Assembly (NCBI GenBank): GCA_026395055.1
Contig: JAPLZK010000004.1
Coordinates: 82,805 to 146,804 of the forward strand
Reading direction: 5' to 3'
Origin: Candidatus Uhrbacteria bacterium
GTDB lineage: Bacteria; Patescibacteriota; Patescibacteriia; UBA9934; GWF2-40-263
DNA length: 64,000 nt
Part shown: positions 40,904-51,200 of the stretch, in pieces
Layout: each line of letters starts with the position of its first letter
How positions within the stretch are numbered: position 1 is the stretch's first letter
Notes under the pieces: generated by a model
The model's input: only the letters and a program-made list of their open reading frames with translations
Database searches by the model: none
Told to the model about the DNA's origin: nothing
Translations under genes and position numbers: made by a program

Positions 40904-41563
40904 ATGAAAAAGGTTGTGTGTATTTTGGTCTTTCTCGCCTCTTTCATTTCTTTCGTGGTCTGCTGTCACTCAAAAGCAACGAATACGAATAGTCTCGTGA
41001 AAGAGTCGTCAAAAGAGATTTCCAAGTATTTTGCGCTGAATGCTCGGCTCTATCGAGTGCTGTCGATGCATCCAGTCATTGAAATTCGTCAGAATTTTTT
41101 GCCGAAAATCATGACGGGGGAGGTTTTCGTTGTTTATGAATCCGAAGAGGGGCGGGGTACTTTTTTCTCCGCAACTCTTACGGATGGTGTCCAGATTCAT
41201 GTTGCCGAAGAATTGCTCATGCGTCCATTGCGTCTGCAGCAACTCGTTCTTTTTCATGAGTTTGTTCATTATCAACAGTACATCGGTGGTCACGCGTTTC
41301 CCGAGATGTTTAACCCTTCATTTGCCGATGCATATCCAGAAAAACGTGAGTCGTTCTGCAAACAAAAATGGCACACCGAGTTCGAGGCGTACCAGAAGGA
41401 GTGTGAGTTGTCAGATCGTTTGAAGGGAGGGCCCGATTTTTGTCGGGGGTTTCAAGCGAGTGACTTTGTGGAAAAACTAGCGGCTTGGGTTGCTGTGAAT
41501 GACTCGAGTGCGAGTATTTGCAAAGAGACATATTTGCAGATGGTGCAATCGAAACAGTTCTAA
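40904..41563 (+). CDS. secreted protein with HExxH zinc-peptidase-like motif
   Basis: Signal peptide MKKVVCILVFLASFISFVVCC and the motif LFHEFVHYQQY. RBS AAAGGAAAAA. Confidence 0.45.
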   Translation: MKKVVCILVFLASFISFVVCCHSKATNTNSLVKESSKEISKYFALNARLYRVLSMHPVIEIRQNFLPKIMTGEVFVVYESEEGRGTFFSATLTDGVQIHVAEELLMRPLRLQQLVLFHEFVHYQQYIGGHAFPEMFNPSFADAYPEKRESFCKQKWHTEFEAYQKECELSDRLKGGPDFCRGFQASDFVEKLAAWVAVNDSSASICKETYLQMVQSKQF

Positions 41564-41585
41564 GTCGAGACATACTCGACTTTTT

Positions 41586-41888
41586 TTATTTTGTCAGCGC
41601 ATCAAAGTCGACATCCTCAGTAAGCGGATGGTTGCACATAAACGGATTCCGCTTTGTGTGTGCGACTTGATAGGGGATAGACTCTCCGTTCTGTTTGGAG
41701 TTTAGGAAGCCTCGTGAACATCCCCAAAAGAGATTTGGATCTGAAGGATCCAAATCGATGTGGACGTAGTGTCCAAACGGTTTGGATGCCGCTTCCGATG
41801 CAGGTTCCATTTGATTCGTTTTTTCAAGAACCAATCCGAGTGTGCAAAGCACAAGACTTCCAATCAAAATGTAAAAAGAACGACGCAT
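41586..41888 (-). CDS. small secreted protein, unknown function
   Basis: Start is ATG 41888 with an AAGGAGAAAG SD. Signal peptide MRRSFYILIGSLVLCTLGLV. Confidence 0.45.
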   Translation of the reverse strand: MRRSFYILIGSLVLCTLGLVLEKTNQMEPASEAASKPFGHYVHIDLDPSDPNLFWGCSRGFLNSKQNGESIPYQVAHTKRNPFMCNHPLTEDVDFDALTK

Positions 41889-42080
41889 GACTTTCTCCTT
41901 GCTAGTTAAAACAAAAACTCCCCAGGCATTTACCAAAGGAGTTCATAAAAATAGTTTAGCAGTTTTTGATGAAATGTCAAACGTGGTTTTTCACAGCAGA
42001 TTTGTTTCAGCTGCGTCTGTTGACTTTCCCCTCATTTCCGTGCTAAAAAGCTCCCTCGTTCTTTCCAATTGGAGGTAGGT

Positions 42081-43028
42081 ATGAAAATTCATTCGATTCA
42101 GATCTTTCTTGTTTTTTCTTTGTTTTTGAACGCAGCGACCGTGCTTGCGGCTTGTGAAAAGGGAACAACCATCGCCGAACTTGCCAAGATTGGGCAAGAC
42201 GGGGAAAAAGCGTTCATGGACCCGGAAGGTGTTGCACATTTGCACGCCTTTGCGCTTCGTGCGCGAGAACTCGTGTTGCCCTGTCTTCAGGACAAGATTA
42301 CTCCGCGTGATGCGGCAGCGTTTCATCGGCTGATGGCGCTTTCTGCATTTACGCAAAAAGATTTGTCTCGTGTGAGTGCGGAATTTCATGCGGCGCGCAA
42401 ATTCGAACCGGGATATGAATTTCCGGTTGATGTTGTGCCAGAAGGGCACCGTTTGCGTAAGCTGTATGAACAGGCGGCTTCGCTTGAGGACGGCAAGCTT
42501 GAACCTGTGTTTTCTCCGGAAGGTGGCTATGTCACCGTTGGTGGGGTGCGAGGTGCTCCACGTCCAGAAAAAACGCCGGTCATCATTCAGGTGTTTGATG
42601 CCTATGATCCGATTTCAAAGAAACAAGCGCTGATCGAAACGCGATATCTTCAACCGGGCGAGAAATTGCCTGTGTGGGGAAAAAATCCGTTTGGGATTAC
42701 TGCAAAGGATCTTGGAATCGACAATAAGTCTGCGTGGGTGACTCCAAAGACTTGGTATATCACTGCGGCAGTTGCTGCGGTGATCACGGGATCTTTGTAT
42801 GGAATAGCGTTGTACAATAAATCGCAATTCCAAAATACATCTGGGATCGACTCAGCGGATTCAGATCGCAGACTGCAAGGTTATTCGGATCGTGCAAATG
42901 CGTTTGGGACCGCTTCGGTTGTGACAGGTATTACCACGCTTGCGTTTGCGGGGCTTGGTGCAGGATTTCGATTTATTCAAGAAGAAAAACCAAGTCATGC
43001 CGATCAGCAGGCGGGGAGTCGTGAATAA
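42081..43028 (+). CDS. secreted protein with C-terminal membrane anchor, unknown function; translationally coupled to the kinase
   Basis: GGAGGT RBS and signal peptide MKIHSIQIFLVFSLFLNAATVLAAC. A TM helix lies near the C-terminus (WYITAAVAAVITGSLYGIALY). Stop overlaps the kinase start (TAATG). Confidence 0.5.
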   Translation: MKIHSIQIFLVFSLFLNAATVLAACEKGTTIAELAKIGQDGEKAFMDPEGVAHLHAFALRARELVLPCLQDKITPRDAAAFHRLMALSAFTQKDLSRVSAEFHAARKFEPGYEFPVDVVPEGHRLRKLYEQAASLEDGKLEPVFSPEGGYVTVGGVRGAPRPEKTPVIIQVFDAYDPISKKQALIETRYLQPGEKLPVWGKNPFGITAKDLGIDNKSAWVTPKTWYITAAVAAVITGSLYGIALYNKSQFQNTSGIDSADSDRRLQGYSDRANAFGTASVVTGITTLAFAGLGAGFRFIQEEKPSHADQQAGSRE

Positions 43029-44911
43029 TGAAAGAAGAAGAGATTCAAGAACTTTTCCGCCATCATCAAGGCGGACGATTCGAAATTCGAAAAATTCTTG
43101 GGATTGGAGGAATGGGTGTTGTTGTGCAGGCATTCGACAAGAAGTTGAAAGTGCTGCGCGCGATCAAAATCTTCAATCCGGAACTGCTCGCAAATGAATC
43201 CTTGGTGCGTCGCTTTGAAAATGAAGCATCCATCATGGCGGGAATCGAACACCCGAACATTGTGAAAGTGTATGACATTGGAGAAATTCAATCGCATCAT
43301 TTCATTGTACTTGAGTGGATCGATGGGGGAAGACTCGGAAATTTGATCTGTAAGGATAATCAAGACGGAACACAGACATTGAGTCCGATGCATCCACGCG
43401 TCGCTCTCCTCATGATCTATTATGTCTGCGATGCGCTTTCTGTTGCGCACAAGCGCGGTATTATTCATCGAGACATCAAACCGGACAATATCCTCATCAC
43501 AAATGACGGTATGCCGAAGGTTGCGGATTTCGGGATCGCGCACATGGATGGAGATGACAAGAATCCTCTGACGGGTGTTGGAGAAGGTCTTGCAACTCCT
43601 CGGATTGGAGCGCCGGAACAATTCGCAAACGCGGCGTCTGTGGATGCTCGGGCGGATGTGTATGCAACCGCGGTAACATTCTGGATGCTCATGACAGCCA
43701 TGCGTCCGCCGGGGTTACTGTTTTTGCATGACATGGAACAAGATCCGGAATTGCTCGCAAAGATTCCTGTGTGTCTGCATCGTATTCTGAAAAAAGCCGT
43801 CGCGTATTATCCCGCGGGGCGATACGCTTCGATGGAAGAATTCGCGCAGGCACTGCGAAATGTGGAAGATCAATTTCCCCCACTTGGTGAAGACGTCTCT
43901 GTCTCTTCGGGTGAAGAACAACAGGTGAGTGTGTGGGGCCTGACGCAAGTTGGCGCAACACGCATTGGGTCTAAGCCGGCAATAAGTCTCGTGATTGATC
44001 CGACAACCATCTCGAAGCGACCCTTGCCTCTTGAGGCAGATGTTCCACGAGAGCCCGTTGAAGAGTCTGTTATTGAACCAACGCGTTTCTCGAAACCGAC
44101 ACCAATCCCTGATCGCGATGGAAATACGCTTGCGTATCGCCCGAGTGGGGAAGTGATTCAGGAAATCCCATTACAGGTCGATTCGGACCGTAGTGCAGAT
44201 GGCGACCCGCCACCTCATACACCGCCCGCACCAAATCATCGGTCTTTGTTGATTGGCGCATCCGTTTTCTGTGTTGTTGGTCTTGTGACGGCATTCATTG
44301 CATCATCTCGACCGACAAAAACGACTGTGCAGCAACCTGTTGTCATCGAACAAAAACAACGTGTAGTAGAGGAACCGGATTCAAAGCAAGGATCCGTTGA
44401 TGTGCTCGTTGCTCCCAATGATATCTCGATTGCATCGGATGTGAGCACATCCGATGTGGAAGTGAAGCTCGAACCGGACATTCCGACAGTGGTCGTTCAA
44501 GTTCCTGTTGAACATCCGGTCGAGAAGCAACAAGAAAAGAAAGATCGTAAGGCAGAAAAGTCTTCACGGTCGATTGAAGTGAAAGCTGGGGAAACGCTCG
44601 TGTTGAAACCAGTAGAGAAACACGAAGTTCCAAAACCTCCGATCCTTGAATCTCCGCAACCAAAATTGGAAACAGTAAAGGTGCAAGTGGGTTTGAAGTT
44701 TCCGAGTGATGATGCGGTTCGTGTGTGGCTTGTGGGACCAGGCGGTAAACACAAGTTGCCAGGATCGGTTGCGCCCGGAACATATAAAGTTGTCGCGATC
44801 TTCAAAGATCAAGACACAGAAACCGTGATCTTTCCCAAATATGAAGTTTTGGAAGGAACAACCCCGCGTCTCTCCTGCGATTCCGCACGAGAAGTCTGTC
44901 AAAAGCTCTAA
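43028..44911 (+). CDS. Hanks-type serine/threonine protein kinase with TM segment and extracytoplasmic C-terminal region
   Basis: GIGGMGVV...AIK, HRDIKPDNILI, DFGIA, and GAPEQ kinase motifs. TM helix (LLIGASVFCVVGLVTAFIA), then a roughly 200-aa extracytoplasmic tail. Confidence 0.8.
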   Translation: MKEEEIQELFRHHQGGRFEIRKILGIGGMGVVVQAFDKKLKVLRAIKIFNPELLANESLVRRFENEASIMAGIEHPNIVKVYDIGEIQSHHFIVLEWIDGGRLGNLICKDNQDGTQTLSPMHPRVALLMIYYVCDALSVAHKRGIIHRDIKPDNILITNDGMPKVADFGIAHMDGDDKNPLTGVGEGLATPRIGAPEQFANAASVDARADVYATAVTFWMLMTAMRPPGLLFLHDMEQDPELLAKIPVCLHRILKKAVAYYPAGRYASMEEFAQALRNVEDQFPPLGEDVSVSSGEEQQVSVWGLTQVGATRIGSKPAISLVIDPTTISKRPLPLEADVPREPVEESVIEPTRFSKPTPIPDRDGNTLAYRPSGEVIQEIPLQVDSDRSADGDPPPHTPPAPNHRSLLIGASVFCVVGLVTAFIASSRPTKTTVQQPVVIEQKQRVVEEPDSKQGSVDVLVAPNDISIASDVSTSDVEVKLEPDIPTVVVQVPVEHPVEKQQEKKDRKAEKSSRSIEVKAGETLVLKPVEKHEVPKPPILESPQPKLETVKVQVGLKFPSDDAVRVWLVGPGGKHKLPGSVAPGTYKVVAIFKDQDTETVIFPKYEVLEGTTPRLSCDSAREVCQKL

Positions 44912-44937
44912 CGAGAACCTTGCGTTCTCGTTTTTTA
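44911..44937 (+). terminator. rho-independent terminator after the kinase
   Basis: ACGAGAAC-CTTGC-GTTCTCGT followed by TTTTTT. Confidence 0.8.
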
Positions 44938-44940
44938 ATT

Positions 44941-45067
44941 GGGGAAGGGGTAAGGGGCTAGGGATGAGGGTTTAAATGGGGTGAGGTTAAATTTTTTGAT
45001 TAGATATGCTAGTGTATCGACAAAGGATTATAGCTAACCTCTAGTCCCTTGTCCCTAACCCCTCCCT
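44941..45067 (+). repeat. G-tract arm / C-tract arm inverted-repeat leader element (copy 1), ending at the serS ATG
   Basis: GGGGAAGGGGTAAGGGGCTAGGGATGAGGGTTTAAATGGGGTGAGGTTA ... TAACCTCTAGTCCCTTGTCCCTAACCCCTCCCT-ATG. It shares CTAGGGAyGAGGG and CCCTAACCCCTC blocks with the copy at 53446-53530. Confidence 0.7.
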
Positions 45068-46327
45068 ATGATTGATATCAAAATGATTTTGGAACAACCA
45101 GAACTGGTTGCTAAAAATAACGTAAATCGTGGAAAAACGATTGATATTGCGGTTGCAACCGGACTCGCAGCCAAGCGCCTTGAACTTGTAGATGCTGTTC
45201 AGGTTTCTCGTACACGAGGGAACCAAATTGCGGAATTGATCCCGAAGGCTTCTGCGGAGGAGCGCGCAGGTCTGATCGAAGAAGGTAAGCGCATGAAAGA
45301 AGAAGCAAAGGCGAAGGAAGCCGAGCTGAATCGCGTAGAAGCTGAACTTGAAACAGAATTACATAAATACCCAAACCTTTTGCGTGAAGACGTTCCGGTT
45401 GGAAAAGACGAAGCTTCAAATGAAGTTGTTCGTGTGTTCATGGAACCAACCGCGTTCTCTTTCGAACCAAAGGATCACCTCACTCTTGGAGAAGACTTGG
45501 GAATGATTGATGTGGAACGTGCAACGAAAGTTGCCGGAACACGATTTGTTTATTTGAAAGGGGATTTGGTGTTGATGGAATTTGCCTTGATCCAATACGC
45601 ATTCTCCCTGCTCGGAAAAAATGGATTCGTACCGGTCATGCCTCCGCATATTATCTCAACGTCCGCCATGTCGAAGATGGGTTACCTCGATCACGGCGGA
45701 GAAGAAGAGGTTTATCACTTGAAGAATGACGACGCGGTTTTGATTGGAACATCTGAGCAAGCCATCGGCCCCATGCTCATGGACGAAATGCTCGATGAAA
45801 CAAAATTACCACTTCGCTACATGGGATTTTCTCCGTGTTATCGTCGTGAAGCCGGAAGTTATGGACGCGATGTTCGTGGAATTTTGCGCATGCACCAGTT
45901 CGATAAAATTGAAATGTTCAGTTTCACCGCGCCAGAAGAATCGGATCAAGAGCATCAGCTTTTGCTGTCGATGGAAGAACAGCTCATGCAAGGATTAAAG
46001 TTGCCACACCAAGTCATGAAGCTTTGCTCGGGTGACATTGGTGCACCATCTGCGCGAACGTATGACATTAATACATGGGTGCCATCTCAAAAGATGTATC
46101 GTGAAACACATTCAACGTCAAACACAACAGATTTTCAAACACGTCGATTAAATATTCGTGTGAAGCGTGAGGGAAAAAATGTTCTCGCACACGCATTGAA
46201 TGGAACCGCGTTCGCAATTGGTCGCACGCTTATCGCCATCATAGAAAATTATCAACAAGAAGACGGAAGCATTCTGGTGCCAGATGTGTTGAGAGCATAC
46301 GTAGGGAAAGAAAGAATTACAAAGTAA
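45068..46327 (+). CDS. serS: serine--tRNA ligase
   Basis: N-terminal coiled-coil arm and class II motifs (FSPCYRREAGSYGRDVRGILRMHQFDKIEMF, GTAFAIGRTLIAIIENYQ). Confidence 0.9.
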   Translation: MIDIKMILEQPELVAKNNVNRGKTIDIAVATGLAAKRLELVDAVQVSRTRGNQIAELIPKASAEERAGLIEEGKRMKEEAKAKEAELNRVEAELETELHKYPNLLREDVPVGKDEASNEVVRVFMEPTAFSFEPKDHLTLGEDLGMIDVERATKVAGTRFVYLKGDLVLMEFALIQYAFSLLGKNGFVPVMPPHIISTSAMSKMGYLDHGGEEEVYHLKNDDAVLIGTSEQAIGPMLMDEMLDETKLPLRYMGFSPCYRREAGSYGRDVRGILRMHQFDKIEMFSFTAPEESDQEHQLLLSMEEQLMQGLKLPHQVMKLCSGDIGAPSARTYDINTWVPSQKMYRETHSTSNTTDFQTRRLNIRVKREGKNVLAHALNGTAFAIGRTLIAIIENYQQEDGSILVPDVLRAYVGKERITK

Positions 46328-46333
46328 ATATTA

Positions 46334-46364
46334 AAACAAACTTCTTAGGAAGTTTGTTTTTTTG
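46334..46364 (+). terminator. rho-independent terminator after serS
   Basis: AAACAAACTTC-TTAG-GAAGTTTGTTT followed by TTTTTG. Confidence 0.85.
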
Positions 46365-46485
46365 TATTTTAAAAATGTTATACACATTCGAACAGATTTT
46401 TTTTCGATTTGGATTTTTGATTCTTATTTTAGCGATGAAATGATGGTTTCATTTTGTTCTGTCAAACAAACATATCAAAAATTAT

Positions 46486-46816
46486 TGCTAAATTTAGCAT
46501 AAAATGGCTTGACGGAACGGTTTTTTCTTGATGGAATGAACGCAGGTCACGATCCTCACCACACAACACTCTGTCTGAATCGATCGCAAGGGATTTCCTG
46601 ATGAATACGACGATTCTTTGCACCGATCACATGGACTGTTGTGTGTTTCTTGACCCGTTGATCACGGGAAACCTACGGAGTTCACCGGGATTCAATCAGT
46701 CTTTCTTGTCGACCACCTCGCACTTGCGCGTGCAGATCTCATGCGCCAAGCGAGGATGTTGACACAGGGTCAACTTCCTCATGCTGAGACCAAGTGTCTC
46801 AACTGGGAGAAGTGTC
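46486..46816 (+). promoter_or_regulatory. promoter region plus a long (about 280 nt) GC-richer structured 5' leader of the M23 peptidase gene; candidate cis-regulatory RNA
   Basis: 14-bp perfect palindrome TGCTAAATTTAGCA at 46486-46499. Candidate promoter TTGACG-17-TGGAAT. No ORF of 60 aa or more on either strand. Multiple hairpins (CCCGTTGATCACGGG, GTTGACACAGGGTCAAC, GAGACcaagtGTCTC) and long-range complementarity (CACACAACA / TGTTGTGTG). Confidence 0.4.
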
Positions 46817-48112
46817 ATGCGAAAAGATCAGTTTGTTACACGTGATGCGTTCGATACAGTGCTTCGGACCTTTTGCTGGTCCATGCTGGTCGCGATTTTC
46901 GCCTCCATGCTTGTGAGTTGCGCATCAGTCGAACCGTTTGATGCGCAGTCGAGCGTGTCTTCACCTCAAGATACAAATGAATCGTCTGGCATTTCGTTTG
47001 ACGAAGGTGGAACGGTGCCGATCATTCAAATGCCGTTTGCGGCAGGGCATGTAAGTCAGTGCACGCAGGGTGCGTATGGTCAATCGAGTCACCACAGCAC
47101 ATCCACGATGTATGACATTGATTTCGATACGTCGAACACCTCGAAAGAAGAATTGCGCGCGCCGGTTTCCGGCGTTGCGTATGTACACACGGAAGATGCG
47201 TCGAAAAATTTCGGCTATCACGTGAATATCGATCTCGGAAACGGAACGTACGTGATCTTGGGACACATGGCAGACATTGCCGCGAAGAACGGTGAGCCTG
47301 TTGTTGCCGGTCAATTTGTTGGCCATGAAGGCTGTACGGGTTATTGTAGCGGTGATCATGTTCATGTTGGTCTTCATATGGGGGACGCTCGCAAGATGGG
47401 TGAATTTGGCGCCTCCATTCCTGTTCGCTACATGCTTGCGGATAAAAATCTGAAGTCGAGAGCGGAAGCGATTGATTGCACGTCGCTTGTGTGCGGAATT
47501 AAATCGCTGGGGGATCCGGTGAACGGGCATATGTATATTTCCGCGCTCCCGTCTGTGAACGCACAGACGGTGAGTTCCGCACCTTCAGCTTCTTCATCGA
47601 GCGCACCTTCGCAACCTCCTCAACAAACGGATCCGCCCTTGATCAATCCAAAAACCTCGACAGATGATGTTTGGGTGAATGATTTGAATCTTGATGGAAT
47701 GCAAGAAACGCTCATGCTGAGCGCGGCACGTTGGGCAGATCCAATCTTGTCTGCACACGATGCGTTTGTCTGGGGAACGGGTGGGTGTTTTGATGGTTTG
47801 CTTCTACAAGCAGACCGCGTTTCCCCACAAAACGGCTATTATCAGATTGATTTTTCCAAGCTTGGAAAGCCTTGTCTTGGAGATCTCACGCTCATTTCCG
47901 CGTTAGGTTCAGACGGCAGTCTTCCAAATCTGCTCATGTCCAATTGGAACTGGTGGCAAAACGCCTCTGTGTGTTCAAAAGGATCTCCGTTTTGTCAGCT
48001 ACAAAAAAATGGTCACTCCTGGGAAGAGTGGATGATTCGTGTCTCGTGGGATCCTTATGAAGGACTCATTGCATTCGGCAATGGCTACACAAAAAATTCA
48101 CAACTTCCATAA
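46817..48112 (+). CDS. M23-family (LytM-like) zinc metallopeptidase lipoprotein with long C-terminal extension
   Basis: RBS GGGAGAAG and lipobox MLVSCAS. HSTSTMYDIDFD (HxxxD), a GYHVNIDLGNGTYVILGHM block, and GDHVHVGLHM (HxH). Confidence 0.7.
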   Translation: MRKDQFVTRDAFDTVLRTFCWSMLVAIFASMLVSCASVEPFDAQSSVSSPQDTNESSGISFDEGGTVPIIQMPFAAGHVSQCTQGAYGQSSHHSTSTMYDIDFDTSNTSKEELRAPVSGVAYVHTEDASKNFGYHVNIDLGNGTYVILGHMADIAAKNGEPVVAGQFVGHEGCTGYCSGDHVHVGLHMGDARKMGEFGASIPVRYMLADKNLKSRAEAIDCTSLVCGIKSLGDPVNGHMYISALPSVNAQTVSSAPSASSSSAPSQPPQQTDPPLINPKTSTDDVWVNDLNLDGMQETLMLSAARWADPILSAHDAFVWGTGGCFDGLLLQADRVSPQNGYYQIDFSKLGKPCLGDLTLISALGSDGSLPNLLMSNWNWWQNASVCSKGSPFCQLQKNGHSWEEWMIRVSWDPYEGLIAFGNGYTKNSQLP

Positions 48113-48120
48113 TCTTCTTG

Positions 48121-48157
48121 CTCTCGAGGTTCTCTCGAGAGTTTTTCTTTTTTTATC
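48121..48157 (+). terminator. rho-independent terminator
   Basis: CTCTCGAG-GTTCT-CTCGAGAG followed by TTTTTCTTTTTTT. Confidence 0.8.
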
Positions 48158-48210
48158 CCATTCTCATTCCTACTTTCTGCGTTCCACTTGTGCTATAATT
48201 ATTTTGAAAT

Positions 48211-51200
48211 ATGCACAAGATCTTTGCCCGAATCATCGCGGCGCTTTTGTGGCTAGAGAAACGTCTCGAACCGATCGCAAAACATCCACTTGGACGCGTG
48301 GGACTTGTTGTTTTTGTTTCTCTCCTTACGCTTTTAAATCCAAATCCTGTTCATGCAGATGGAACAAAAGCAGGTCCTGGATTTTTGGAAACAGCATTGT
48401 TGTACATTGCAAACATCGCGCTTTCTGTTGCGGTTGTTTTGTCAAAACTCGTGATCGTGATCATTCAGGTGTTGATTCCGGTCATGTTGTACAACAAGTT
48501 TTCCGAATCTCCGGTTGTGATTTCTGGTTGGGCCATTGTGCGTGACACGGTCAACATGTTTTTCGTTATTGTTCTTATCGCCATCGCCTTTGGAACCATT
48601 TTTGGAAACTCCCGATTCAAATGGCAGCAACAAATGACGCGCCTCATGATTTTCGCGATCGTCATCAACTTTTCAAAAACACTCTGCGGACTCATGATCG
48701 ACTTCGGACAAGTGGTCATGCTTACATTTGCAAACGCGATCCGTGAAATCGCGGCGGGAAACTTTGTCCAAATGCTTGGAATGGGAGATGTTTACTCGCT
48801 CAGTTCTTCAAACAAAATTTTTCAAACAGCGGCAACAGACTCAAGCGCAACAGGTGCGCAAGCCTTTGACTGGTTTGCATCCTCCATGGCGAGTGTGTTC
48901 ATGATGTTCATTGTGCTCACAACCATGATCATGCTTCTTGCGATTCTCATGTATCGCGTGGTCATGCTTTGGATTTTGATCGTTATCTCTCCGCTCGCGT
49001 GGTTTGTTGGAGGAGCAGGGGATCTCATTAAGAGTGGAGCGTATGCGGATTGGTGGAAGAAATTTATTTGTTTAGTAGCTATCGGTCCTGTTCTTACGTT
49101 TTTTCTTTGGTTGACACTCGTGGTCGCTGGAGCAGGAAATATTTCTGACACTGCTGGATTTGTTGCCTCTGGAAGCACAGACACAGCCGGAGGATTCTTA
49201 ACGCAAATTTTCGAGTTAAATCGTTTAATTAGTTTCGTGATCGCCATCGCCATGCTTTTTGCTGGGTTTGATGCCGCAAACAGTACGTGTAGTGGAGCAG
49301 GACTCGGAATGATCTCTGATCAATTAAAAGGCGGACCGGCAGGAAGCGGAGGGGTGCGCGCAGCAAAAGCGGTTGCCGGACTCGGAGCACGTCTTGGAGC
49401 AAAAGGTGGTCGAGTTGGTGCAAGTGCGGCACGTTACGGGTATAACAAAGGTGTTGTGCCGCTTGCAGAATATACGGGAGGAAAAATTGATCAATCCGCT
49501 CTTGCACAAAAGACCCCGCTTAAATATGCCACCTCTAAAGGACGTGAAGATTTGTATAGAGGTGTCGCCGCAAAGTCTGGTACGGGTATTATTGGTCAAG
49601 CTGTGAGTCGTCGTGCGACGGCACGCGCGGATAAATTGGGTTCTGAGCGCGCGGAAAAAATGGGAGCTGGCTTAGAAGCTTACAAAGCAGACTCTGGAGA
49701 ATCAAAGAATGAAACACTTAAACGCATGGCAGCAAGTGCCTCTATGACTCCCGCTGGAAAGCGTGAAGAACAGGCACTTATGTTGGACGCCATGGGTGAT
49801 GACAAACGCATGAAAGAACTCCGTGCAAGCGGTGCATGGGACACCATGTGGAAGCGTCATGGAAAAGATCTTGAAACAAATGCAAAGGGCGATAAGACCA
49901 TGAAAGCAAAGGTTGACGCGTTCAAGAAAGCGAACGCAGACGTAACAGGTGAGTGGCCAGATCCAAAGGGAGATCCAAAAGAAGCAACAAAACAAGCAGC
50001 CGCATTAAGTGCGTTCGCTCTTTCATCAAAAGACGCGCGTGGAAAATTGACGGGCATTTCCTCTGGAATCAAGAAACCAAAGAAAGAAGGTGGAGGAGAA
50101 TATACGTATGCGGAAGCCTTGGAAAAGAAATTGGTTGGAAACAAAGAACAACAAGATGCGTTTAATAGCGGTCGTGGCTCCATTTATGAAGGCATGAAAC
50201 CAGAAGAGTTGGGTCGTTTGCCAGCGCAGGCGTTGGCAGAGAATTTGACTGCAGACTTGTTGAGCAAAAAGATCAATTCAGCAGACGGACCAACGGTGTC
50301 AGCACAACTTCTTGGAAATAAAGATGCAGAAGTTCAGAAAGCTCTCCATGAACGTTTGAAAGATCCTGTAACGGGTTCCGCGTTGCGTGAAGGGTTGTTG
50401 TCTGGAGCGGGAGTTGAAAAGGGTAAGGTCACAAATTCTGAAAAGTTTGCCGCAGCTCTCACAACAAATCCTGGCTCATTAAGTTATCTGGACGATTCAA
50501 CGTTTGCGGGGCTTAGCGATAATGACATGACAGAACTTGGAAGTGGATTTGCAGACACGGATGTCTTGAAATCTGCGATTGCAAATTATCGCAAAGATCC
50601 AAAGGCGGAATCTTCTCAATTGGCTATGACACGTATTCAGGCGATTTTGGAAAAAGACCCAACTCCTGAAATGATTGCGGCACAAGGATATTTGAATGCA
50701 CAAAAGAAGACGATTGACGAAGGAACACGCATGCAAAAAATTGGTTCTGCATTGAAATCGGTTCCAGGTCAGGTTCGTGGAAGCATCAACGCTTCCATCG
50801 ATTCATCCGCGATTGATACGACAATCGAAACCACTTCACAAATTCCTGAACTTGAAAGTCAAGTTGCAGAATTGGATGCAACGGTAAATACGGCAGAAGC
50901 AGGTTCAAGTGAAATGAGAGCGGCAATGGACAAGCTTGCTTCTGTACATCAACAACTTGATGCTGCTCAACAAGCGTCCACCCAATATATTGAAAATATT
51001 GCAAGCTCAGATGATTTGTCTGCGAGGTTAGACGCAGAATTAGCAGCGCAAATGGATGAGTTGAGTAATGTACAAGGTCAGATTGCCGTAGATAGAAGCG
51101 AAAATAGACATGTAAAACAGACAGATGATCAGGCTGTTGCATTACAGAAAAAGATTGATCAAATAAATGCTGTTAAGACCAGTGTTGAAGCAGCAAAAGC

